A DNA stretch of 64,000 bases from the human T2T-CHM13v2.0 reference genome, Homo sapiens: NCBI GenBank assembly GCA_009914755.4, contig CP086569.2, forward strand, positions 13,632,001 to 13,696,000, read 5' to 3'. The notes below the pieces were generated by a model. It was not told where the DNA came from, did no database searches, and saw nothing but the letters and a program-made list of their open reading frames with translations. This document shows positions 13,257 to 28,979 of this stretch, one piece after another; positions within the stretch are counted from its first letter, which is position 1; every line of letters starts with the position of its first letter. A program made the position numbers and the translations under genes.

Positions 13257-13515
13257 TTTTTTTTTTTTTTGAGACAAAGTCTCACTCCATCACCCAGTCT
13301 GGAGTGCAGTGACACGATCTCCACTCACTGTAACGTCCGTATCCTGGGTTCAAGCAATTATCTGCCTCAGCCTCCCAGGTAGCAGGGATTACAGGCGCCT
13401 GCAACCACGCCTGGCTAATTTTTATGTTTTTAGTAGAGATGGGGTTTCACCATTTTGGCCAGGCTGGTCTTGAACTCATGACCTCATGATCCACCTGCCT
13501 CAGCCTCCCAAAGTG
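13257..13515 (-). mobile_element. 5'-truncated Alu in antisense orientation, flanked by a 15-bp target-site duplication (taagattaatttctt).
   Basis: The direct repeat taagattaatttct(t) lies at 13243-13257 and again at 13516-13530. Between the two copies is a poly-T head followed by gagacaaagtctcactccatcacccagtctggagtgcagtgacacg…. Confidence 0.88.
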
Positions 13516-14433
13516 TAAGATTAATTTCTTAATAATTTCATTTTAAAATCACTATGTATGTCATTTTGACAGGTAATGAAACTGTTTACCATAGAAATTT
13601 TCATACATTTTAGTTTCAAAATAAATAGCAAATACTTCACCAAAGTATTAAAAAGTCTTTTTTTGAGTGTATGTGGTTTGCATAGTGGAGATCATTTCTG
13701 TAGAATAAGCTTTACCATAAAATAACCTTCAGGTTGCTAGTGGAAAGGATTAGAATGTGAAAAAAGATATGCTAAGGACATTTGGGTGGTCTTAATAGTG
13801 TTTACCTTAGACCCATGCTCATACTCAGTGCTGGTGGTCAGGTTTTATGTATGCAATTTGCCTGCTTTGTGGAATGTTAAACAGAATTACTCAGTATATT
13901 CACTAGTCCTTGAATTATTACTGGTTCTTGAGAGACACCAACATTGAAAGTATTTAGCAAAATTTGACATTGTTGTGGCACTTTTATTGTATTTTACAGA
14001 AGAATCTAAGATTGGGAATATAAAACTGGTTGTTTTCAATGGATAGTGTGAGAAGTGTACTGTTGTATCACATATGGGAATCTTTATTTGCAGAAGTAAA
14101 ATTCTGTAAAATTATTTATGTTAATGTATACTAATTGCAGATTACAACACCAAGGTAATTCATTATATTAGTGAATTATAATTTGTGAATCTAGTACACC
14201 TATGGAAAGATTTTATATGCCAAATTTTGTGAAATAAGTTATTTTAGTGTTTAATTTTGAATTAACACAACACTTAAATGTTACACTACTGTGCTGTAAT
14301 TTGTGAATGTATACATAATTTGGACTTTTGAATTCCTACTTAATATTATTTAGAAGTTGGAGACATGTTTTTATTTCGCTTTTTAAAAAAATTTCTTTTT
14401 AGTTTCAGCATTGAATTTTTGTATTACATTTAG

Positions 14434-14586
14434 GAATGGATACAGCAAAATAATATCTTATCCATAGTCTTGCAAGACAGTCTTCATCAACCACAATATG
14501 TAGAAAAGCTAGAGAAAATTCTTCGTTTTGTGATTAAAGAAAAGGCTCTTACATTACAGGACCTTGATAATATCTGGGCAGCACAG
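14434..14586 (+). CDS. USP9Y: USP9Y coding exon in phase 0, encoding [51 protein letters not shown].
   Basis: The acceptor AG is at 14432-14433 (tacatttAG|gaa) and the donor GTAAGA at 14587. The peptide continues the previous exon (…ERMA|EWIQ…). Confidence 0.88.
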
Positions 14587-14800
14587 GTAAGAAAGTGAGA
14601 TGATAGCTATTTTCTAAGAAAGATACCAAAAAGGAGAAAATTTTTGGTAACCCTTATATAATGGCCAGCAATTTAGTATTGCCTGACTTTTACTAATGCA
14701 TGTGCTGTTCATGTAGAGAAATCTTACCAAGAATTTTTAAACAAAAAATAACATTTTTCTGTCTTTGTATATATATTCATGGTAGCAGCTTATAGGTAGT

Positions 14801-15116
14801 TTTTTTGGTTTTTTTTGTTTTGTTTTGTTTTGTTTTTAGATGGAATCTTGCTCTCCCTCCCAGACTCGGGTGCATTGGTGCAATCTCAGCTCACTGCAAG
14901 CTCTGCCTCCCAGGTTCACACCATTCTCTGCCTTACCCTCCCGAGTAGCTGGGACTACAAGCGCCCACCACCAGGCCTGGCTAATTTTTTGTACTTTTAG
15001 AAGAGACAGGGTTTCACCCTGTTAGCCAGGATGGTCTTGATCTCCTGACCTCGTGATCCATCCTCCTTAGCCCCCCAAAGTGCTGGGATTGCAGGTGTGA
15101 GCCACTGCGCTTGGCC
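14801..15116 (-). mobile_element. Alu SINE in antisense orientation with a (GTTTT)n head, lying about 215 bp downstream of the 14434-14586 exon.
   Basis: It reads …gtttttagatggaatcttgctctccctcccagactcgggtgcattggtgcaatctcagctcactgcaag… and ends …ggtgtgagccactgcgcttggcc. ORF-track entries 14815..15000 and 14840..15025 are its translation. Confidence 0.88.
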
Positions 15117-15801
15117 ATACATGGTTTTAAATGAAAGATCTATATAGCAAAATAATTATGATTAAAGGAACAATTATTGAAAGAGGATAAAGAATCTATA
15201 TTTGGAGGTTTTCACCTATGTAATGCATAGAAGAAACAAATGTCACGAGTTCCATTACAGTGACTTTAAAAAACATAGGATTATTATAGAAGATTATGAC
15301 TTTCCATAATAAAAAACCCTGGTTTCAGATATACTAATGCATATGTTTTTATATTATCTTAATGGCAGGTTTCTACTCCTGGGTCACTTGGGGAGTATTG
15401 TTAGGCACTGGCTCATAAAGCTTGTTTTTTGCCTTTTTTTTAAGAGAAACAACAAAATACTTAATCTTGCTTTTATTGAGCACTTAAGCTTGGAGTTTTG
15501 AAACAATCTAATATTTTGACTTCTTTTTCTCTTAGTTTTATTTGTAAATACCTTCTAGTAAGTTTTCATATTAATTTCCGAAGTTTACTATTTGTACCCA
15601 AAAAAACTGAGTTGCCAGGTATTAAATGACAGTTCTAAAGCATTTCAAATATTAAGAATTCTGTTAATTACTCAAATGAAGTAGGAATGTTTATTAAGTA
15701 ATGGAGATTCTTGTAGTAGAACTATTTTTTTGTTATTAAAATTTAAGTATACTATAATTTTTTTTTTGCTTTTATTTATTCTACTTTTGTTTTTTCAACA
15801 G

Positions 15802-15906
15802 GCAGGAAAACATGAAGCCATTGTGAAGAATGTACATGATCTGCTAGCAAAGTTGGCTTGGGATTTTTCTCCTGGACAACTTGATCATCTTTTTGATTGC
15901 TTTAAG
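15802..15906 (+). CDS. USP9Y: USP9Y coding exon in phase 0, encoding [35 protein letters not shown].
   Basis: The acceptor AG is at 15800-15801 (ttttcaacAG|gca) and the donor GTAGTA at 15907. The frame matches ORF-track 15730..15918. Confidence 0.88.
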
Positions 15907-17209
15907 GTAGTAGCTTGAATAGTAAAGTATTGCCAAATAGTAAATATTGCCAGTTAATTCTAAGTAAAGTTTAATTCGTTAGATTTCTTTTGCTTATAGC
16001 TAGTGTGCTTAACTAACATTTTCATGGAAGAATCTCTGATGAAAAAGAATTGGTCATTGTTGTTTCTTCCAATCAGAGTTTAACAGTAATTTGTTGTAAT
16101 AGTTTTCATCACAAATGCAGAATCTTAATGTTTTTTCACTTACATTATTTCTTTGAATTCATTTCCACTGGTAATTTTCATTTTGACTTTGGTTAAAATA
16201 ACCTGTAGAAATGCAGAGAATAATTGGAAAATGAGGCATAAAACATTCTGGTTCTATGGAGTTATGTATATGGCATATAGAAATGAAATTCAAAAAACAA
16301 GAGGTTTCTAATATCATAATGTCACTTTTAAAGACATTTTGGCACAATGGTCTCGCTGGTTTTTAAGGTTGATGAATTTATGGATCAAGAATATAAATCC
16401 ATATGTCATTATTCAGGAATAAATATTTCAGTAAATAGTAATTAGATTTTTGGTGGGAGCTTTACTTGCTAATTACAAGAGAGAATAGGTTGGCATTGTT
16501 CTTTTAAAATGTAGATTCTTACGTTCTATCACCCAACTATTCTATTTCTGAATCTATGCCCTGGGTAAACTCCTGAATATGTTCACTAAGGAATGTTTTC
16601 AACAGTATCTTAGCAGGATTGTTTTATTAGTCCCGAAATGAAGGAAACAACTTAAATGTCTATATATTATGAAAGGATAAGTAAACTGTGGACTCCTTTA
16701 TATGGAACACTTTGTGACAATGAAAGTTAACACATTGTAACAGTTTGGCACATAGATGGATCTTGCCATTATGGAGAATATAGAAAAAAGGAAGAAAATG
16801 ATGTACAAGAAGTCAGAAGTGACCTGGATAATAGTTTCACAACTGTTACACTTTGAATTCTGACTACACCCCAGATGTGTTAAATCAGAATTACCATGTA
16901 AAGGGACTAGACTTTTAATCATGTCAGCATAATAAGAATTTATTTGAGATGACTATATGTTTTAATCTGTTGGATGTATATCAGAGGTAGGCAAGGACAT
17001 CAATATTGAGAAGTTATATTTGATACTCTTTATTTCCTATTGTTTTTAGTCCTGAGATAACTTCTGAAACAGTGATGCACCAAGACAGCCATAATAATAG
17101 ATGGAGGATCTGGTGTCAATTTCTCTCTTTTTTTTTTCTCCCTCTCCTTTTTAATTCATAAATTCTCAAGATGACTTCAAGATAATTAAAATAAAAAATC
17201 TATTATCTG

Positions 17210-17490
17210 ACTGGGAACGGTGTCTTAGGCCTGTAACCCCAGCACTTTGGGAGACTGAGGAGGGTGGCTCACATGAGGTCAGGAGTTCGAGACCACCTTG
17301 GACAACATGATGGAACCCCATCTCTATTAAAAATACAAACAGTTCTCTGGGCATGGTGGTGCATGCCTGTAATCCCAGTTACTCTGGAGAATGTCTTGGA
17401 CCTCGGGGGCAGAGGTTGCAGTGAGTCAAGATCACACCACTGCACTCCAGCCTGGGTAACAGAGGGAGACTGTCACAAAAGAAAAAAAAA
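17210..17490 (+). mobile_element. Alu SINE in sense orientation.
   Basis: It begins ctgggaacggtgtcttaggcctgtaaccccagcactttgggagactgaggagggtgg… and ends …cagcctgggtaacagagggagactgtcacaaaagaaaaaaaaaa. Confidence 0.85.
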
Positions 17491-18439
17491 ATCTGTCATT
17501 TCTGTATTGCTGTTTGGCTTACCTATTGTTTATCAAAAGTCTGTTATTCAGTGACTAGCATTGCATTTTTGAGGTGTTGGTAAATCTGGCAGTTCTTACA
17601 CAGCATGCCAGTGTGTCTTCAAAGGTCTTTGTTAAGGTGCTTTTAAGGAGGCAATGAGTATACGCCAATTATCAGTTCTTCGTGGGCTGCAGCTGGATGA
17701 TTCCAAGTTTATCTTTCTTCTCAGTTACATGTAGTTAATGTGCTTGCTCAAACTCTAGGTGATAAAGATTTGAATTCTAAGTAAGCCTTTGTCTTCTGAG
17801 GTGTTGGTACTAATTTTCAGTGCTTGCCAACGTTTATTTTTGGCATAATTTTTCATTTTTGAAAGTCCCATGGTTATGAGATTCTCTTTGTGGTCATCAA
17901 TTTTAATATTTCTAGATACTGAGATTGAACATTGTTACAGGTCTTTGAGCTGTTCTCACTTCCTTCTTAGAATATGTCTATTTTTCCTGTCCAGTAGTTG
18001 TCCTAATTTGTTTCCTAGGAGTTTTTGTGTATCTAAATGCTTATTGTTCAAACCGTATCACAAATAGTTTCTCACAGGTTTTATTAACAGTTTGTTTGAA
18101 TCAGGATCTAACTACATTCCTCACTGTCTAGTTTTCTATCTTTTAATCACTCCTCTTTGATTCTGTAGTTGCCTCCTTACATTTTTTTGTTCTTGTAATA
18201 ATATTCATCATTTGCTATTTTGTTAGTAGTTTCTGTATTCCTTTTGTTATTTCAGTGGGAATTTTGTGGACACCAGAGGGAATTAAAAGCAGGTGTTACA
18301 GTTGTCTTCCTAAGAAATTCTGTATTTATCATTTTAAAGTGCTGTACAGTTACTAGGTTAAGGTGATGTAGTCCTTTCTCCTATTATTGGACATTTAAGT
18401 GGATTTCAGTTCTTTAGTTCTAGTGTGTCCAGAATTTAT

Positions 18440-18900
18440 TCCTTCCTGTGGGTTCTTGGTCTTGCTGACTTGAAGAATGAAGCCACAGACCCTCCTGGTG
18501 AGTGTTACAGCTCATAAAGGTAGTGCAAACCCAAAGAGTGAGCAGCAGCAAGTGTTATTGTGAAGAGCGAAAGAACAAAGCTTCCACAGGGTGGAAGGGG
18601 ACCCAAGCCAGTTGTGCTGCTGGCTTGAGTAGCCAGCTTTTATTCCTGTATTTGGTCCCACCCACATCCTGCTGATTGATCCATTTTACAGAGCACTGAC
18701 TGGTGTGTTTACAGTCCTTTAGCTAGACAAAGAGTGCTGATTGGTATGATTTTACAGAGTGCTGATTGTTGTGTTTACAATCCTTTAGCTAGACACAGAG
18801 TGCAGATTGGTGCATTTGCAAACCTTTAGCTAGACACAAAAGTTCTCCAGGTCCCCATCTGAACTAGAAGCTCAGCTGACTTCACCTCTCACTAATAACT
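18440..18900 (+). mobile_element. LTR12-like (HERV9-family) solo-LTR fragment carrying tandem ~40-50-bp U3 subrepeats that contain ATTGG/CCAAT motifs.
   Basis: It reads …tggtcttgctgacttgaagaatgaagccacagaccctcctggtgagtgttacagctcataaagg…cttccacagggtggaaggggacccaagc…. The unit …gtgctgattggt…tttacaatcctttagctagacacagagt… recurs four or five times. Confidence 0.5.
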
Positions 18901-19529
18901 ACTAATAAAATACTACATATAGCTTCCTCTGTATTGCTGGGCATTTAGAACACTTGTTTTACTTTAATAAATTAATTTTTTATACTAAGAAGATTGTAGA
19001 TTCACGTACCATGTTAAGAAGTAATGCAGAAAATCCCATATATTCTTTACCCTGTTACTCTTAGTGTTAACATCTTTAAAAATCACTGCAACCAAGATTT
19101 TGATCACTACCAAGATTTTGACATTGTTTCCATCAAGATACTGAACATCTGTGTCATCACAAGGATTCCTCATGGTGCCCTTTTATTGCAACACCCGCTT
19201 GCCTTCTGCCCCAACTTCCTTCTTAACCCCTGGCAACTAACCAGACCGCCAGTCGGCTCAATTTCTAAAGGTCTTTTGCTTTTACTTTAAACATGTACTA
19301 ACTGGAATTGAACATAATATGGACTTTTGAGGTTAGTTTTTTTTTCATTCTATTTAATTGTTTGCAGTCTCACTAGAATGATGTATGTATCTATCAGGTT
19401 GAGTATCCCTTATCTGAAATGCTTAGTACCAGAAGTATTTTGGAATTTTTTTTTTTGGAGCATTTGCCTCATACTGACTACTTGAGCATCTCTGCATTAA
19501 AAATCTGAAATCCAGAATGTTTTTATTGC

Positions 19530-19842
19530 TGTTGTTTTTTGAGATGGAGTCTCACTCTGTTGCCCAGGCTGGAGGGCAGTGGTGCGATATCAGCTCACTG
19601 CAAGCTCTGCCTCCTGAGTTCACACCGTTCATCTGCCTCAGCCTCCCAAGTAGCTGAGTAGCTGGGACTACAGGTGCCTGCCACCACACCCGGCTAACTT
19701 TTTTGTATTTTTTTTCAGTAAAGACAGGATTTCACTGTGTTAGCCAGGATGGTCTTGATCTCCTGACCTTGTCATCTGATCTGCCTGCCTCAGCCTCCCA
19801 AAGTGCTGGGATTACAGGTGTGAGCCACCATGCCTGGCCCAG
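19530..19842 (-). mobile_element. Alu SINE in antisense orientation.
   Basis: It begins …gttgttttttgagatggagtctcactctgttgcccaggctggagggcagtggtgcgatatcagc… and ends …ggtgtgagccaccatgcctggccc. Confidence 0.88.
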
Positions 19843-20045
19843 ACTGTTTTAAGGAGCATATCTTTTGAGCATCATGTCACCATGCAGAAAGTTTCAGATT
19901 TTGGAGTATTTAAATTTCAGATCTTCACATTAGGCATACTGTATCTGACATTTGCTTCCTTTATTGACGAGTAGTACTCATGGTATGAACTACTCACCAT
20001 GAATGGACATCTGTATTATATCCAGGTTGGGGCTATTATAAACTG

Positions 20046-20277
20046 CTGTGAACCTTGGTGGGCAGGGTTTTTGGCTTTTTTATGTTTTTATTTTGTGTTT
20101 TAATGCAATGCTTATTTCTCTAGGTGAGATGAAATGTGGAAATGTTGCAGTCTTCCTAATGCTGTGAACCTTGGTGGGCAGGGTTTTTGGCTTTTTTATG
20201 TTTTTATTTTGTGTTTTAATGCAATGCTTATTTCTCTAGGTGAGATGAAATGTGGAAATGTTGCAGTCTTCCTAATG
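20046..20277. repeat. Perfect tandem duplication of a 116-bp unit (two copies).
   Basis: The unit ctgtgaaccttggtgggcagggtttttggcttttttatgtttttattttgtgttttaatgcaatgcttatttctctaggtgagatgaaatgtggaaatgttgcagtcttcctaatg occupies 20046-20161 and recurs identically at 20162-20277. ORF-track 20134..20382 spans the junction. Confidence 0.9.
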
Positions 20278-22924
20278 CACCTTATTGTAGCATTTTCTCA
20301 TTTTCTGTATCAGTACCCCATGTTCTTTGTCCTGTGTCCAAGAAAATTAAGGAACGTGGACACAAAGGTGGGATTGGAGTGAAAATTTAATAAGTGAAAG
20401 AAAAAAGCTCTCTTCAGCAGAGAGGAGTCCGAGTGGATTGCTGGGTTATAGCTGAATTTAACAGCTTTTATAAGAAGCTCTTCTCATCTCTGTAGCAGTT
20501 TGAATAACTTCTATTATCAGTAAAGCTGTCTGTGCAACTCCTCTTATCTTAAGCAGTTGTGGATATGTCTCTAGGCAAGCACAGAGTGCCACTTCTCTTC
20601 TTGATATAACTGAGGGTTTGTTTTCGATAAGCCCCTCACCTCCCTGTGTAAGTTCTCACCATTTGTATGCCTGAAAAACTTTTTCCTGGGAGCTGACTAA
20701 TTATACAAAGTTGCTTACCTATGTGCAGGTGCAGCCTGAGGTTTTCCAAACTGATTTTTCCTTTGCTTCTCCCTCATTCCCTGCTTCAGGAGTGGAAACC
20801 CTGACTGCTGTTGGGAAGATTGGGCATTGATCTTTCTGGTTAATTCCTGCTGGAGACAGGCATTGTGTGGGGAACAGAAGCTAGGATTCCTCCAGGAGAT
20901 GGTTTAAGGCACTCAGATGAAAGAAGTGTTTATGCCTGGTTCCATTTGCATTACCATTTGGAGCTTGATAGCTTCTAAGTGAAATGAAACAATTTGGGTT
21001 ACTAGTGGACATATGTTAAAATGAGACAAGAAGTGGGGAAAGACAGCATTAAAATCCTGAGGCTGTTGACATGCCCTGATAACTGGTGGCTATAACTATG
21101 CCTGTTAAGATTTTGGGTGCATGGGGCTAGGCTTTGTTGAGCTTCCTTGGTCTTACTTTCCCAAAATGGAAACGTCTGGATTATAGGTTACCTGGCAGCA
21201 TTTGTAGGATAATCGCCCTGAACTAGAACATTGTTCCAGATTTTTACGTTACATATCCCTTTCTGTTTCCTGTGAGCTGCAGCCAGAGATGGCTGGTTAG
21301 TTTACAGGAATAAGCAATGTTAGTTTAAAATGTAGGCAGGAATGTAAAAACTACTAACGAAACTAGAAGTCAATGACAGATATGTGATAAGTTTGGAACA
21401 TAATTTCCCTTTTTTCAGTGCTCATTTCTGTTAAAAACAAATTCCAGTCCTCATTTCTGTTAAAAACAAATAAGATTGAGTTGTTTGCAAAATAGACTTT
21501 AGTTTTAAAGTTGGTCTGAGATTTGCATAAAATGCAGGAAGAATAATTATTTTTACACAGGCCTTTTAGATAGGCTTTGATGGAACTTTCTTCCACAAGG
21601 ACTCTCAGATGGGACTTTGAAGCTGAGCCCAGCCACGGGTTTGTACCCTCAGATACCTGTGACTTAGGTAAACTTTTCTTTTCTTGAGGTTCCAAGAGCA
21701 TGGTGTTCCTAGGGCTGTGAGAAAGTGAAATTTGTTACTCACCGCAGGTTAGGAAGCTTATATGGAAGCTGTGTAGACAAGGTGTGAGGCCACTTTTCCC
21801 AAAGGGCTTTTATTGGCTCTGCAAGTCAAGACTGACTCCTTCAGTGGAAACAAACCCTCCAGTCAAAACCTTGGTAAAACAACCAGTTTTTCAAATTGTG
21901 TGCAAAATAAAATGGATTCTTACTGCACTGACGCAAACAACCATATTATAAGTCAAGAATACTTACAACAAGTATCTGAATTTTAAAGGAACCAGGCAGA
22001 AAGAAACAAACATGCTCTAAACCTTGTTCACAAGAGTATACCTTACTCAGTTGTTAGTCTGTAGCTAGCTCAAGACAAGTTTCCTTGACTCTGAAAAACA
22101 AAATAAGGATCAGCACTGTTGTAAGCATAAACCAAAAAGATTGCTTTAGTTTTCTATTAGTTCAGTCCATTCTGTTAACTATTGTTCTGCTTGATATTTG
22201 TAAACATTTCAGCTTTTCGTAAGTCCTGTACATTTTTCTGTTATGAGAAACCTGCATTTGAGAGCACCTGTTAAAGTTCCATAGCTGATTATAAACTATT
22301 TTTTTGAAGAAGATTCAAGCAAGACAACAATTGTCTGTAAAGACAAAATGTCCAAGGTGGTTACAGTCAAGAACATGATTGACAAATGTGATTATTTCCA
22401 TGACTTAAAATAACTCAACATAACAACCTTAATTGCAATTAACAGCACATACTCTGGGCCTAGAATCTTGGATATCCCATACGGTTATCCCATCAGCCTT
22501 TATTATTATATGGAAATCCTGTTGAAGAGAGAAAGTTAAAATTTCACCCTTGCATTAGTTTACTATTAATTTATTTAGCCTCAGTTTTTAATGAAACATT
22601 GTAGGCACTCCTATTCAATTTTAACCAGTTTGACCATGAGGTGAGATTTTTGCAAACCTGTTATAACCCTTTACAAGTTTTGCTAAAGAGCAGATTGGGA
22701 TCTTAGGAATACCTTGTTGTGCTTTTATTTCAATATTTAATTTACAGAAAAAAACAAATACCCTTTTTAATTTAGTTAATATGTTCATACACAGTTTCCT
22801 TTGTAAGATTAAGTTTTGCAATCTTTTTCAGTTTGCTTAAACCTTCCAGTTTATCTAATTTAAGACAGTCCTTTATTCTTAGGCACAATGTACATTTCCT
22901 TGCTTTCTTATAATCTTTTACTAA

Positions 22925-23310
<386 letters not shown>

Positions 23311-24146
23311 AGAATGTTTTTATTTTTAAAGATGAAAGTCATGTGAACTGAAAGGTACCACAAGCTTTTGCTTTTTCTTTAAAAGTATTTAAGTGCTTAT
23401 TTACTTAGGCCAATTAATTAGAACTCTTTTTATAGACATCACATACATATCACATACATGACTACACAGACAGAAGAAGATCCAACAGCTTAGAGTGGAG
23501 CCCTTTTAAGAGCAGTCTAGGAATACAGTCTCCTGTGCCTAGTAAACAAGCATAGCTGGAAGACAAAGACAGATTAGAAGGACTTACCACCTCTAATTAC
23601 AGGGGTTGTATGAAGAAAACAGAAATTTCTCCCCAAATGAGATGTGTTGCACCTTATCTGTTTTCTCAAGGAGTCCTGGGCCACCAGAAGTCATTCTAGG
23701 GTCTTTCATGCATGCACCAAGAGTGGCAAGACAGAGTGAAAAAAGTTGACTGAAGAAGAACCTTTTGCAGAAAAACAAGATCTATGAAAAGAAAAACACC
23801 AGGGCCTTTTAAATACACCCATAGCTTAGAGACCCACTTTCAATTAAGTTGAGTGCTCTTTAAAAAAATTCTTTTTCATTAATTAAAACTTTACAGAGAA
23901 TGTAAATAGTGATTCTTACTTCTTTTACCAGTTTGCTTCACTTCCTGTTCACAGTCATATTCGGGTTCCCAGTTTTCTCTGGGAGAAAATGGCTGGACTT
24001 AGGCAAGGGCAGGTTTTCAACTGGACAGGAGATCCCTTTAGCAGCGAAGCTTGATATTTGAGGAGGCAATTTGTCTGTTAGCCAGAACCTTTCCTTGGAG
24101 GACAGCAGTTCTTCTATTTTGTGTGGGGTGGTAACAGTTAAATTAG

Positions 24147-25950
<1,804 letters not shown>

Positions 25951-27252
25951 GGGAATATTGTTCAGCATCTTTGTCGAAAATAAGTCAATCATAGATGGAA
26001 GTGTTTACAAGCTTTATGTTCTGTTTCATTGTTTGGATATATCTGTCGTGAAACCAGAATTGCATTGCATTGATTTGCAGCTTTATAGAACATTTACAAA
26101 TTATGAAGCGACAGTTCTTCAATTGTGTTATCTTTTAAGATTGTTTTGGCTATTCTAGGTCCCTTGAACTTCCATATTGGTTTTAGCATTAGCTTGTTGA
26201 TTTTTGCAAAGACATTAGCTGGAATTTTGATAAACCTTATTCAGTTTGTATTGTACTACCATCTTAACAGCATTAGTCTTCCAATCAGGGAACATACAAT
26301 GTCTTTCCATTTATTTAGGGATGTCTTTCCGTTTATTTGGGTCTATCTTACTTTTGTTCAGCAATTTTTTTTTTTTAGTTTTCAGTTCAACTGTGCTAAA
26401 GTGATACCAAAAGAATTTTTTGTTTTTGTTGTGAATATAAATGGAAGTTTTCCTAATTTCATTTTGGATTTTTTAACATCTAATGTAAAGAAACATGTAT
26501 CTTGTATGTAGAAATACAGTTGATATTTGTTTATTGATCTTGCATACTGAAACTCTGTTACATTTCTTTCTTGTAGTAGTTTGTTATTGACTCTTAAATT
26601 TTTCTATGTATGGCATCATATTGTTTGCAATACAGTTAGTTTTACTTGTTCTTTTCCAATTATATAACTTCTCCTTCTGGCCTGATTTCCCTAACAAGAA
26701 CTTCTAGTACAATGTTAAAAGTAATGGTGAGAACAGTCATTTTTGTCTTGTTTCTGATTGTAGTTGGCAAGCTTTCCATTTTTCAGCATAAAATACAATG
26801 TAAAAAGGAGGGCTTTTGTAGATGCCTTTTATTGGGTTTAGGAAGTTCTCTTCAAATCCTAGTTTATTGAGTATTTTTATCATGAAAGGATATTGGATTT
26901 TATTAACTGTCTTGGTATATGGAGATGTTACATGTGTTTATGTCCTATTTTACATTAGTTGATTTTTGTATGTTCAGCCAGGTTTATACTTCTCGAATAA
27001 ATTATACTTGTCTTGGTGTATAATCTTTTTTTATATGTGTTGCTTCTTAAACTGCAATAAACGATACTTGTTATGATCTATAATCTTTTTATTTGTTGCT
27101 GGATTTTCTTTCTGTTTTGTTTAGGACATTTTTAGGTTTTTAAGAAACTGCCAAACTGTTTTCCAGAATGACTAACCTTATTCATTTCTACCCATAGTTT
27201 ATGAATATGAATAATCCAGTTTCTCCACATTCTTTCTACATTTTGGTATTGA

Positions 27253-27588
<336 letters not shown>

Positions 27589-27599
27589 GTGACACTATT

Positions 27600-28950
27600 T
27601 TTTAAACTTGTTTTATTCTGACAGGTGTGCAGTGAAATCCCATTAATGGTTTTAATTTACATTATCCTAATGACTAATGATGTTGAAGATCTTTCATATA
27701 TTTAGTTTCTATGTGGAGTTTTTGGTGAAATGCCTTTTTATGTTTTTTGTTCATTTGCTAATTTAAGTTTGTTATTACTGAGTTCTTTATGTAATCTAGA
27801 TGATAGTCATTTATTAGAAACACAGTTAGCAAATATTTTCAAACAGTCTATAGCATATCTTTTTGTCCGCTTTAACAGGTGTTTTACCAGTTGAGTTTGT
27901 ATTCTGATGAGGTCCGACTTATTTTTTCTTAGAAATCATGCTTTTTTATGTCAAATTCTGAGCACTTATTGCCTACCCATAAATCCTATTTATTCTTATA
28001 TTGTTTCTCTAAAAGTTTTACTTATGTCATTCAGGTCTGATCCAGTTGAGTGATGCTTTCTTGCATTCTTTAGGTGTGAGACTTAGATCTAAACTTCTTT
28101 TTCTTCTCCCAGGTATTCCAGAACCATTTTGTGAAAGGCTGTCTTTCATTTTTAATTTATTATGTTGCTCTTGTACCTTTTTCAGAAATCAGTTGGTCAC
28201 ATTTGTGTGGGTTTATTTATACATTTTTTGTTTTCTTCATTGATCTTTGTTCCTGTGCCTCAGAATTGTGATTACTGCAAGTACATAATGTAGTATTAAA
28301 ATCAGGTAGACAGACTCATCCCAGTTTATCTTTTTTTCAAATTATTTAGTTGTTTTTAAATTTTGCTTACCGTAAAAATTTTAGATAATCTGATCTTCAT
28401 TTTAGATATCTGCTTCCCAGTAATAGGAGATACACTGTTTTAAATAGTAGTACGTAAATTCTGTATATCGGTTTGGGGAGAATTTTGGCATGGATTTTTG
28501 AGCCCCAGAATACTATATACCTCTTCATTGATTTAGACCTTTGAATTATTTATTCACACATACAAACCTTATACATGTTTGGTTAAATTTACAGTTAAAT
28601 GTTTATGTGTCTGGTTTTACTTTGAGTAATTGTGAATGTTTTTGATGCTGTGTTTATACATTTATTACTACTCCTGTATAGGTTTGATTTTTATATGTAT
28701 ATTCCATGTCCTGCAATCGTGTTAAAGTCCATGAGGCTTTTTTTTTCTCTTTGAGGATCCTTGCAATTTTCTTTTATATAGAAAATCATACCCCTGCACG
28801 TAGGAAGAATTTTGCATCTTCCTTCTCCTTGTGTGTGCCTGTTACTTCTTTTTCTTGCCTCATTATGTTGGTTAGAATTGCCAGTATAAAGCTCAATAGA
28901 AGTGGCTAGAGGGAGCAATTTAGTCTTGCTTTGATCTCATGGTAAGAAAA
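27600..28950. mobile_element. Old L1-like sequence. Its orientation and exact extent are uncertain.
   Basis: The region is AT-rich interspersed-repeat-like sequence continuous with the flanking L1 material, with ORF-track fragments 28046..28243 and 28691..28918. Confidence 0.3.
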
Positions 28951-28979
28951 CTATCAGTGTTTCATTGTTAATAACGTTA

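Noticed and set aside
23340-24146. Minus-strand ORFs 23593..23778 and 23938..24165 next to the ERV gag fragment, possibly pro/pol remnants of the same provirus
   Set aside because: They are plausibly part of the same degenerate ERV, but I could not recognise protease, RT or RNase H motifs by eye (no DTGA, no YxDD). I left them unannotated.
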